A DNA stretch of 64,000 bases from assembly GCA_035548175.1 (NCBI GenBank), contig DASZTO010000073.1:581-64580 (forward strand), in the 5' to 3' direction. The notes below the pieces were generated by a model. That model was not told the DNA's origin. It saw only the letters and a list, made by a program, of their open reading frames with translations, and did no database searches. Below, piece by piece: positions 21,160-28,583 of the stretch (position 1 is its first letter; each line of letters begins with the position of its first letter). The stretch comes from Phycisphaerae bacterium (GTDB lineage: Bacteria > Planctomycetota > Phycisphaerae > WQYP01). The position numbers and the translations under genes were made by a program.

Positions 21160-22326
21160 CTACGGGTTCCCTTGGGGGAGGTCGTGGAAGGATTTGGTGG
21201 TGGGGAGGGGCAAGGGGAGGCGTTCGAGGATTTTGAGGAGGCGGGAGGCGGCGTGGCCGTCGCCGTAGAGGTTTTTGCGTTGGGCGATTTTTTTGCGGAA
21301 GGGTTTGTTGGTGAGTGCGAAGCGGATGGCGGATTGGATGGGGCGGAGGGAGGCGGGCGAGACGCCCGCGGTACGAGACCAGGGGACGTCGAGGATGTTG
21401 GGGTTGCGTTCGCGGCCTTTCTGGCGGTCGCCGAGGTTGATGACGGGGAGGGCGAAGGAGGCGGCTTCGATGATGCCGGCGGAGGAGTTGCCGATGAGGA
21501 GCGAGGCCTGGGTGAGGAGCTGCCAGAAATCGGGTTGGGAGAGGGACATGGTGAGGGGGATTTTGGCGGCGGTGTAGGCACGGAGGATGCCGGTGTGGCC
21601 GGGGTCGTTGTTGGGGCCGATGGCGGTGAAGGGGATGTTGGCGGCGCGGAGGGCGCGGAGGAGGAGGGAGGTGCGTTTTTGTTCGAGGGCGTCGTCTGGG
21701 GAGGAGGGGTGGAGAAGGAGTAGGGCGGAAGGGTTTGACAAGGTGACAGGGTGACAAGGTGACGAGGTGAGGAAGGCGGCGAGGGTGTCGAGGGCGGGGG
21801 CGCCGATGACGTGGATCGTTTTGGGATCTTCGCCCATTTGTTGGATGCGTTGGGCGGCGCGATTGGTGGCGGGGAAGTGGCGGTGGGCGAGTTTGGTGAT
21901 GGCGTGGCGGATTTGTTCGTCCCAGGTGCCGGGTGCGGTTTCGCCGCCGTGGAGGTGGGCGATGGGGATGTGGGAGACGAGTGCGGCGTTTGCGGCGGCG
22001 AGCATTTCGAGGCGGTCGCCGAGGAGGAGGAGGAGGTCGGGTTTGAGGACGGCGAGTTCTGCGCCGAGCCTGGTGACGGCGTGTCCGAGTGATGCGGCGG
22101 GAGGATCGTCGGGACGGTACATGTCGACGACGGCTTCGATGGGGATGCCGGAAGCTTCGACGTCGCGGATGGTGTAGCCGAACTGCGGTTGGAGGTGCAT
22201 GCCGGTGACGATCAATTGGGGGCGGAGATTTTTGGATTTTTGGAGGGCGTGGAGGATGGGGGTCCAGATGCCGAATTCGGCGCGGGTACCGGTGAGGATA
22301 GCGATATTGCGAAGGGAACTAGCCAC
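21160..22326 (-). CDS. neuC: UDP-N-acetylglucosamine 2-epimerase (hydrolysing), NeuC type
   Basis: IAILTGTRAEFG, LIVTGMH, LLLGDRLEMLAAANAA, IPIAHLHGGE and HPVTL all match NeuC/SiaA. GTG start at 22326. Confidence 0.85.
   Translation of the reverse strand: MASSLRNIAILTGTRAEFGIWTPILHALQKSKNLRPQLIVTGMHLQPQFGYTIRDVEASGIPIEAVVDMYRPDDPPAASLGHAVTRLGAELAVLKPDLLLLLGDRLEMLAAANAALVSHIPIAHLHGGETAPGTWDEQIRHAITKLAHRHFPATNRAAQRIQQMGEDPKTIHVIGAPALDTLAAFLTSSPCHPVTLSNPSALLLLHPSSPDDALEQKRTSLLLRALRAANIPFTAIGPNNDPGHTGILRAYTAAKIPLTMSLSQPDFWQLLTQASLLIGNSSAGIIEAASFALPVINLGDRQKGRERNPNILDVPWSRTAGVSPASLRPIQSAIRFALTNKPFRKKIAQRKNLYGDGHAASRLLKILERLPLPLPTTKSFHDLPQGNP
21734..21770. repeat. Imperfect GGTGACAA octamer tandem array inside neuC; a 30-nt segment is 29/30 identical to 26184-26213
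   Basis: TTTGACAA GGTGACAG GGTGACAA GGTGACGA GGTGA. It is in frame and encodes TSSPCHPVTLS. Confidence 0.6.
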
Positions 22327-22365
22327 GAATGCTCACAAATGGACACGAATGAATGTAAATGATTC
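22321..22365 (+). repeat. Repeat-family fragment R3 (CACGAATG / CACAAATG words) in the neuB-neuC spacer
   Basis: GCCACGAATGCTCACAAATGGACACGAATGAATGTAAATG matches the tail of R2. Confidence 0.45.
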
Positions 22366-22368
22366 CGA

Positions 22369-23415
22369 TCAGGCGATGTCGTTGGGGGTGAGGGTGGTGT
22401 TGGCGGGGAGGGGACGGGTGAGTGTTTTGCCGAGGGTTTGTTGGTAGAGGGCGGCGGGGATGCCGGTGCCGGGGCGTTTGACGGTGAGCATGTCTTTGGT
22501 GAGGAGGGCGCCCTTGGGGAGGGGTTTGGTAGTGGTGAGGGATTGGCGGGTTTGTTGGCGGATTTGGCGTTCGCGGGGTTGGGGGGATTTTTCGTAGGGG
22601 CCGCGCATGGCGTGGGCGGTGGCGGCGAGGCGGATGTAGTCGGCGAGTTGGGGGGGGTCGAGAGAGGCGGCGTGGTCTGGGCCTTTGCGGGTGCGGTCGA
22701 GGGTGAGGTGCTTTTCGAGGACAGACGCGCCGGCGGCGACGGCGAGGGCGGCGGTGAGGGTTTCCATGGTGTGGTCGGAATAGCCGATGGGAATTTGCGG
22801 GTAGCGGTTACGCATGACGGTGATGGCGGCGAGGGTGGCGTGGTTGGGGGGCGTGGGGTAGCTGCTGACGCAGTGGAGGAGGATGGTGCGGTCGAGGGCT
22901 AGCGCATCGGCGAGCCAGCCGCGGGTGCGGTCGATTTCTTCGAGGTCGGCGGCGCCGGTGGAGAGGATGAGGGGGAGGTTGGTGGCAAGGGCGGCTTCGA
23001 GGAGGGGGAGATTAACGAGGTCGGGGCTGGCGAGCTTGATGGCGTCGACGTGCATGTCGACGCAGGCGGGGACGAGCTCGGGGGAGAAGGGGGTAACGAT
23101 GGCGGCGAGGTTGAGGGCGTGGGCGCGGGCGACGAGGGGGGCCATTTTTTCGGGGGGGAGTTCGAGGGGCTTGAGGAGGTCGTCTGCGCCGGCGCCGGAT
23201 TCCACGCTGGATTTCTGGTAGTCGACGAGGGCGGCGCTTTGGGCGAGGAGGCGGTCGGCTTCGAAGAGCTGGAATTTGACGGCGTGGGCGCCGGCGCGGT
23301 GGGCGGCGTCAACGAGCTGGGCGGCGATGTCGGGTGAGCCGTCGTGGTTGACGCCGATCTCGGCGAGGATGAAGGGCGGGCCGTCGCGGGTGATGTCGGT
23401 TGTTCTGATTTGCAT
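22369..23415 (-). CDS. neuB: N-acetylneuraminate synthase with a C-terminal sialic acid synthase antifreeze-like (SAF) domain
   Basis: ILAEIGVNHDGS, AVKFQLF, ILSTGAADLEEI, GYSDHT and a C-terminal SAF domain (LLTKDMLTVKRPGTGI). Confidence 0.9.
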   Translation of the reverse strand: MQIRTTDITRDGPPFILAEIGVNHDGSPDIAAQLVDAAHRAGAHAVKFQLFEADRLLAQSAALVDYQKSSVESGAGADDLLKPLELPPEKMAPLVARAHALNLAAIVTPFSPELVPACVDMHVDAIKLASPDLVNLPLLEAALATNLPLILSTGAADLEEIDRTRGWLADALALDRTILLHCVSSYPTPPNHATLAAITVMRNRYPQIPIGYSDHTMETLTAALAVAAGASVLEKHLTLDRTRKGPDHAASLDPPQLADYIRLAATAHAMRGPYEKSPQPRERQIRQQTRQSLTTTKPLPKGALLTKDMLTVKRPGTGIPAALYQQTLGKTLTRPLPANTTLTPNDIA

Positions 23416-23444
23416 GGCTGCTTAACACAAAGGAGACGGAAAAA

Positions 23445-23530
23445 TTGTCCACAAAAGCACACGAACGGACACGAATTTATCTAATTTGGCGTCTATTTGT
23501 GTTCATTTATGAGCATTTGTGGACGCGTGG
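23445..23530 (+). repeat. Repeat-family fragment R4 spanning the neuA 3' end and the neuA-neuB spacer
   Basis: TTGTCCACAAAAGCACACGAACGGACACGAATTT...TTTGTGTTCATTTATGAGCATTTGTGG. The last 11 codons of neuA (TRPQMLINEHK) are encoded by repeat sequence. Confidence 0.45.
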
Positions 23531-24332
23531 GGTTTTGCTGGGCGCGAAGCATGGCTTCGGCGAGGTAGAGGTCTTTTTCGGTGTCGATGTCGACGGAGTC
23601 TTCGGGGGAGACGATAAGGCCGCGGCGATCGGCGCCGAGGAAGGCGTGGGGGTCTTCGGGGTGGTTTTCGGCTTGCATGAGGACGCCGGTTTTCATGACG
23701 TAGACGGCGCCGGTGGGGGAATAGAGCGGGGGGAGGTCCTGGCGGCGGAAGATGGTGTTGGGGATGTGCTTTTGGATTTGATTTGAGTTGGGGTTGAGGT
23801 CGAACATCCAGTAGGGGTGGAATTTGCCCACAGATGCGATGGTTTGGACGGAGTCGGCGCCGGTGTCGAGCAACATTTGGATGCAGCGGTCGATCATGTT
23901 GTCCGTGCGGATGGGGACGTTGCCGTAGAGCATGACGATGGCGCGCGGAAGATCAGAATTAACCACGGAGGACACGGAGGGCACGGAGATTGGATTTTTG
24001 ATTTTCTCTGCCTCCGTGTTCTCCGTGGTTTCAAAGGAATGCGGATAGAGCGAGCGGACGGCGTGGCGGAGGACGGGGTCGGTGGCGCTGGCGGCGGTCG
24101 CGAGCTCGGGGGGGCGGAGGAGGGTTTCAAAGCCTTCGGAGTGGGCGAGGGCGAGGATGTCGGGGGAATCGCTGCTGACGATGGTGCGGGTGATAAGGGT
24201 GGATTGGCGGGCGTGGTCGAGGGTGTAGGCGAGGACGGGTTTGCCCAGGAGGGGCCGGAGGGATTTGTTGGGCAGGCCGACGGAGCCGGCGCGGGCCATG
24301 ATGACGGCGAGGATGTGAGGCGCGGTGGCCAT
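23493..24332 (-). CDS. neuA: N-acylneuraminate cytidylyltransferase (CMP-Neu5Ac synthetase) carrying an in-frame palindromic-repeat insertion
   Basis: ILAVIMARAGSVGLPNKSL...GKPVLAYTL...IVSSDSPDI...AIVMLYGNVPIRT (the QPTSPLR-equivalent motif). ATG at 24332. A roughly 30-aa loop (FETTENTEAEKIKNPISVPSVSSVVNSDL) is encoded by repeat R5. Confidence 0.8.
   Translation of the reverse strand: MATAPHILAVIMARAGSVGLPNKSLRPLLGKPVLAYTLDHARQSTLITRTIVSSDSPDILALAHSEGFETLLRPPELATAASATDPVLRHAVRSLYPHSFETTENTEAEKIKNPISVPSVSSVVNSDLPRAIVMLYGNVPIRTDNMIDRCIQMLLDTGADSVQTIASVGKFHPYWMFDLNPNSNQIQKHIPNTIFRRQDLPPLYSPTGAVYVMKTGVLMQAENHPEDPHAFLGADRRGLIVSPEDSVDIDTEKDLYLAEAMLRAQQNPTRPQMLINEHK
23955..24030. repeat. Palindromic repeat-family copy R5 inserted in frame within neuA
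   Basis: Arms AACCACGGAGGACACGGAGGGCACGGAG and CTCTGCCTCCGTGTTCTCCGTGGTT flank an AT-rich 17-nt loop. The head is about 90% identical to R1 12705-12738. Confidence 0.65.
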
Positions 24333-24334
24333 GG

Positions 24335-24724
24335 TTAACGAGGTCCAGGAAATGCGACGAAGTTTTCGACAAATACCAGAAATAGAGCGAAGGCGAGAGC
24401 ACAGAGGAGATGAAAGAGGCTGATGAGGATAGCGGCGATGGGAAAGGCGAAGCCGTGCCATTGATCGGGGTGTTTGCGAATTTGGTAAATAGTGAGGACC
24501 GCGATGATCAGGCACGCCAGGGGAGCGACAATGAATCCCGTTATCGCAATGATCGTGAAGGCAGTGGAGGCGCCCTCGGGAAGCAGATACGTCGAGAGGT
24601 AAGCGAGTTCAGGAACGAAGGCGAAAATGAAACAGGGGATGGCGCGGGGATGTCGCCGGGAGCGCGTGGTTGCGTAGGGGAGGAGGGGGTCAGGGGCGAG
24701 GGGTTGTGAGGGTTGAGAAGTCAT
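24335..24724 (-). CDS. Small integral membrane protein of unknown function
   Basis: The ATG at 24724 overlaps the upstream stop as ATGA. 129 aa with three predicted TM helices. Confidence 0.5.
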   Translation of the reverse strand: MTSQPSQPLAPDPLLPYATTRSRRHPRAIPCFIFAFVPELAYLSTYLLPEGASTAFTIIAITGFIVAPLACLIIAVLTIYQIRKHPDQWHGFAFPIAAILISLFHLLCALAFALFLVFVENFVAFPGPR

Positions 24725-26400
24725 GCGCGGTGCCACTCCGTGCAGGTGGTGCAGGGGGTGGGGTAGGAGGCGTCGGCGTGCTGTTGGCGGAGGGTGGTGA
24801 GGGCGGGGCTGGTCCAGAGCTGGGCGAGGGAGTGGGAATCGATGTTGCCCAGGGGCAGGGTGTCGTGAGGGTCCTGGTCGCAGGGGACGGCGGTGCCGTT
24901 GGAGCGCAGGAGGAGGCGGTCCCAGAGGCGGCGGCAGGGGCGGCGTTTGGGGGGGGCCATGTCGATGACGGCGGTGGGCGGGAGTGTGCCGGCGCGGGTG
25001 GTGGGAGAATCGATGACGGCCCAACCGGCCTGGGAGATCCAGGTATCGAAGAAGGGTTCGAGTTCGGGGATGGTGTCGCGGACTTTGAGGAGGCGCGGGA
25101 TGACGAGGGGAAGGCCGTGGTTGGCGCGGGTGGCGGCGGCGAGTTGGAGGAGGTTGGCGGAGAATTTTTCGTGGAAGGAGGTGTTGGAGACTTTGTTGTA
25201 GGTTTGGGGCGTGTGGCCGTAGGTGGTGATGGTGAGGATGTCGAGGAAGTTTTCGGAGATGGCGGTGAGGAGGGGGTCGAGGTTGTCGGCGAGGAGGTCG
25301 GTTTGGAGGCAGATGCTGAGGGGTTTGGCGTTGCGGGCGGCGCGGAGGACGGCGAGGAGGTGGGGATAGAGGAGGGGGTCGCCGTCGCCGGCGAAGGTGA
25401 GGAGGAGGTCGTCGGGGAAGTGTTGTGAGGCGAGCCAGCGGGTCCAGTGGACGGGGTCGAGGTGGCCGCGGGCCTGGCGGATGATTTGCGGGACGGAGCC
25501 GGGGGGGTTGGTGAGGCGGTTGGGGGTGAGTTCGATTTCGAGTTCGCGCGGGGCGGTGTGGGTGCGGGAGAAGTCGGTGACGCCGGGGGCGACGGAGCGT
25601 GCGGCTTCGAGGGCGAGAGCGGCGGGGGAGATGGAAATGACTCCTGACCCCTTTTCTCGTGAAGGGGAAGTAGAAATGACTCCTGACCCCTTTTCTGGCC
25701 AGGCGCGGTCGGTGTCGAGGAGGAAGCGGTTGGGGATTTTGGAGAGGGCGGGGTCGACTTGCATGCAGGCGTCGCGGATGAGGGTGTCGAACTGGGGGTT
25801 GGCGGGGTCGTAGGCGAGGAGCTGCCAGGGCATGACTTTTTTGTCGCCCATTTCGAGGGCGATGTCGGCGCGGAGCATGAAGCCGGTGAGGCCGGGGGCG
25901 GCGGGGGTGTAGGTGATGCGCATTTCGTGGTTTTTGTGGAGGTGGTGATGGAGGAGGGCTTCGGTGAGGGGGACGTCGAGGAAGGCGGCGTGGGAGTGGA
26001 TGGCGAGGATGTGGTCGGCGTTGAAGGTGCGCGCGGCGTGGGCGATGGCGGCGGGATGGTACTCCTCGTCGAAGACGGTGAACTGGCCGGCGCCGCCGCG
26101 CCAGGAGAGGAGGTTCCAGGGACGGGCGGCGCGGATGCGGGCGGAGATGGCTTCGGGGCGGGCGATGAGCGGTGTGGTGGACACGGTGACAAGGTGACAA
26201 GGTGACGAGGTGAATTGTTGGGCGAGGGGGAGTTGGGGTTCGGGGGCGGCGAGGAGGATGTGGGTGAGGCCATGGACTTGCTGGAGGCGGTCGAGGACGT
26301 GAGTGAGGATGGGTTTTCCGGCGAGGGGGTCGCGGAGGCGGGAGCGCGTGCCGATGGCGGTTGTGTCGAAATCGCAGCAGATGACGGCGAGGATGTTCAT
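24721..26400 (-). CDS. Fusion of a NeuA/SpsF-like cytidylyltransferase domain with a degenerate radical-SAM-like core (no CxxxCxxC) and a SPASM-like Cys-rich C-terminus
   Basis: N-terminus MNILAVICCDFDTTAIGTRSRLRDPLAGKPILTHVLDRL is nucleotidyltransferase-like. The middle has ELEIELTPNRLTNPP where radical-SAM enzymes carry CxxxCxxC, plus a GGEPLL-like FAGDGDPLLYP. The C-terminus is PCRRLWDRLLLRSNGTAVPCDQDPHD...LGNID...PCTTCTEW. It contains a perfect 39-nt tandem duplication and the shared octamer segment. Confidence 0.5.
   Translation of the reverse strand: MNILAVICCDFDTTAIGTRSRLRDPLAGKPILTHVLDRLQQVHGLTHILLAAPEPQLPLAQQFTSSPCHLVTVSTTPLIARPEAISARIRAARPWNLLSWRGGAGQFTVFDEEYHPAAIAHAARTFNADHILAIHSHAAFLDVPLTEALLHHHLHKNHEMRITYTPAAPGLTGFMLRADIALEMGDKKVMPWQLLAYDPANPQFDTLIRDACMQVDPALSKIPNRFLLDTDRAWPEKGSGVISTSPSREKGSGVISISPAALALEAARSVAPGVTDFSRTHTAPRELEIELTPNRLTNPPGSVPQIIRQARGHLDPVHWTRWLASQHFPDDLLLTFAGDGDPLLYPHLLAVLRAARNAKPLSICLQTDLLADNLDPLLTAISENFLDILTITTYGHTPQTYNKVSNTSFHEKFSANLLQLAAATRANHGLPLVIPRLLKVRDTIPELEPFFDTWISQAGWAVIDSPTTRAGTLPPTAVIDMAPPKRRPCRRLWDRLLLRSNGTAVPCDQDPHDTLPLGNIDSHSLAQLWTSPALTTLRQQHADASYPTPCTTCTEWHRA
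25634..25711. repeat. Perfect 39-nt in-frame tandem duplication (24/24 identical core) of lower GC content
   Basis: GAAATGACTCCTGACCCCTTTTCT at 25634-25657 and again at 25673-25696. It encodes EKGSGVISTSPSR / EKGSGVISISPAA. Confidence 0.7.
26184..26213. repeat. GGTGACAA octamer array inside the cytidylyltransferase/rSAM-like gene; 29/30 identical to the neuC segment
   Basis: CGGTGACAAGGTGACAAGGTGACGAGGTGA. It is in frame and encodes TSSPCHLVTVS. Confidence 0.6.
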
Positions 26401-28520
26401 CGTGCGGCTCCGGCGACTTCGCGCGGCCAGGGCTTGTTTTGTTGGAGGGCGTCGCGCTGGCGGTGGAGGCGGGCGAGGGCTTCGTCGAGGACGGCGAGGA
26501 GGCGTTCGGCGCCGGTTTGCAGGTTCTGCACGTAATCGATGTCGCGCAGGAGCTGGCGTTTCTGGCGGTCGAGGGAATCGGCCTTGGCGGTTTTGACGGA
26601 GAGGTCGGCGTTGAAGCGGCGGAGCTCGCCGATGGTGTTGAGGAAGACGACCATGTCAAAGGTCTGGGGATCGGTGTTGACCTTGGCGCGCTGGCGATCA
26701 ATTTCGGCGAAGAGGCGGTGCATGGCGGCGGGGTCGGTCTGCTTTTCGATCATCTCGTGGAGCAGGGGGATGGTGCGCTCGCAGGTTTCCTTCATGTCAG
26801 CGGCTGAGAGGCGGCGGGATTCGAGGGCGGCGATGGTGGTTTCGAGGGCGCGGGGTTGGTCGGTCGTCCAGGCTTTCCAGGGAGCGTTTGCCGGTAATGG
26901 GTAACTGGTAATTGGTAATTGGCAGTATTGGTCGATGGCGTCGCGCAGGGTCATGCGGGTGACGTGCTGTTTTTTGGCGCCGCCTTCGGTGGCGTCGATG
27001 ACGGTGTGGCGGCTGGCGGCGAAGTCGCGTTCGAATTGCTGGAGGTAGACGAAGAATTGTTCTTCGGTGTACATGGGGTGGCCGTGGATGTCGGGGATTT
27101 TGCGGAGGATGGTTTTGGAGCGGGCGATGCGTTCCCACTCCTTGGTTTCGAGGGTGTTGAAGCGGGAGAGTTCGGGCGACCACGTTTCGTGGATGGCGGT
27201 GCCGGGCTTGTAGTAGAGGCCGTCGACGAAGCCGAGGTCCTGGCCGATGAGGATGATGGGGTTGCAGCCGAGGAATTCGGCGAGGTAGAAGGAGAGGTGG
27301 GCGACGGTGGCGCCGGCTTTGAGACCGGCGCGGGTGGGGAAGGCGTCGCGGAGGAGTTTGGCGGCGAAATCGTTGTGCAGCAGCGTGATCCCCCCCCCAC
27401 CGCCGGAGCCGGAAAAAGTGTCGAGGACGTTCCAGTTGGCTTTGGCTTCAGCGACGAGGTGGAGGCGGTGCAGCGGGCCGCCGGCGCTTTCTTCGAGGTT
27501 TTCGAAGAAGCGTGTGGAGACGGTGTTGTAGTCGAGGGAGGTGACGAAGTCGGGCTCGATGCCGGCGGCGAGGAGGGGTTTGAGCATCGTCTGGACGGCG
27601 ATGATGACGGCTTTCCGGCCACGGCCGTCTTGGTCGCCTTTGATTTCGTGGAGCAGGTGCATGTTTTTCTGGAGGCTGGGGCCGGCGGCGACGAGGATGG
27701 CGGGAACGTTGGGGTAGGCGTTTTGCAGGAGGTCGAGGGTGGGAGTCGTGGCGTAGCGGCCGATGTTGTTGGCGACGTTGCGGCAGGTGGCGACGTTGTT
27801 GAGCATGAGGGTGAGGAAGCCGGTGCGGGTGAAGGAGACGAACTCGGTGATGAGTTTCTGGAAGGCGGAGAAGAAGCCGGCGGCATCGGCCTGGATGCTG
27901 GCGGGGTGGGCGGCGAAGAGGGTTCCCGCGCCGGCGGTGAAGAGGACGGAGCGGGGTTCAAGGCGGTCGACGAGGTGGCCGCGATCGAGGGAGGTGAAGA
28001 TCAGGAGGCGTGCGGTGCGGAGGGGTTCGGCGAGATCGGCGACGGAGAGAGCGGCTTTGAGGAGGGGGAGGTTGGGTTCGGCGACGATGAGGAGTGCGTC
28101 GTGGGGCATGCGGTCGAGGAGGGCGCGGATGTGGTGGCCGAGGCCGAAGCCGGAGACGGCGACGACGTAGCGGTCTTCGCAGGCGACGGCGGCGGCCCAG
28201 TTTTCGGCTTCGTGAAGGGGGCGATAGCGGGAGTGGAGGTAGACCTGGCGGCCCCCCGGCCCCCCCCCACCGGTCGGGGCGGCGAGGGGCCCGGGTCCCG
28301 ATTGCGCTGGGGGAGTTGTCATGACGCGGACGGTCGGGTATCCATCCTTAGCGGTCTCGAGGACCGGCACATCTGCGGGATGCACCGCGTCGATCGCCAT
28401 GGCGAGGCGGGCATCGGTCTGAAAAAGCGCCGAAAGGTTGCGAACATAGGTGGCGTGTGCGTCCGTAAGGAAGGGCGCAGGCGTATCGGGCGCGGCGGCG
28501 AGGGCAGCGGCGTCGGTCAT
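26397..28520 (-). CDS. Motility-accessory-factor (Maf) / DUF115 (MptE-like) family protein; putative nonulosonic-acid glycosyltransferase
   Basis: DUF115 core NVPAILVAAGPSLQKNMHLLHEI...AVIIAVQTMLKPLLAAGIEPDF with a long helical C-terminus. The ATG at 28520 is preceded by AGGAGG; the stop overlaps the next gene as ATGA. Confidence 0.7.
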   Translation of the reverse strand: MTDAAALAAAPDTPAPFLTDAHATYVRNLSALFQTDARLAMAIDAVHPADVPVLETAKDGYPTVRVMTTPPAQSGPGPLAAPTGGGGPGGRQVYLHSRYRPLHEAENWAAAVACEDRYVVAVSGFGLGHHIRALLDRMPHDALLIVAEPNLPLLKAALSVADLAEPLRTARLLIFTSLDRGHLVDRLEPRSVLFTAGAGTLFAAHPASIQADAAGFFSAFQKLITEFVSFTRTGFLTLMLNNVATCRNVANNIGRYATTPTLDLLQNAYPNVPAILVAAGPSLQKNMHLLHEIKGDQDGRGRKAVIIAVQTMLKPLLAAGIEPDFVTSLDYNTVSTRFFENLEESAGGPLHRLHLVAEAKANWNVLDTFSGSGGGGGITLLHNDFAAKLLRDAFPTRAGLKAGATVAHLSFYLAEFLGCNPIILIGQDLGFVDGLYYKPGTAIHETWSPELSRFNTLETKEWERIARSKTILRKIPDIHGHPMYTEEQFFVYLQQFERDFAASRHTVIDATEGGAKKQHVTRMTLRDAIDQYCQLPITSYPLPANAPWKAWTTDQPRALETTIAALESRRLSAADMKETCERTIPLLHEMIEKQTDPAAMHRLFAEIDRQRAKVNTDPQTFDMVVFLNTIGELRRFNADLSVKTAKADSLDRQKRQLLRDIDYVQNLQTGAERLLAVLDEALARLHRQRDALQQNKPWPREVAGAAR

Positions 28521-28583
28521 GGGACCTCCTGCCGGTGCAGGCGGGGGGCGGAAAGTTGACGGCGGCATCTTTCAAGGGGCAGC

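Noticed and set aside
24335-26701. 788-aa minus-strand ORF spanning three genes
   Set aside because: It is a frame-continuous artefact. Its 3' end is the real small membrane protein (24335..24724), and the rest is Pro/Arg-rich junk overlapping the cytidylyltransferase/rSAM-like gene in another frame.
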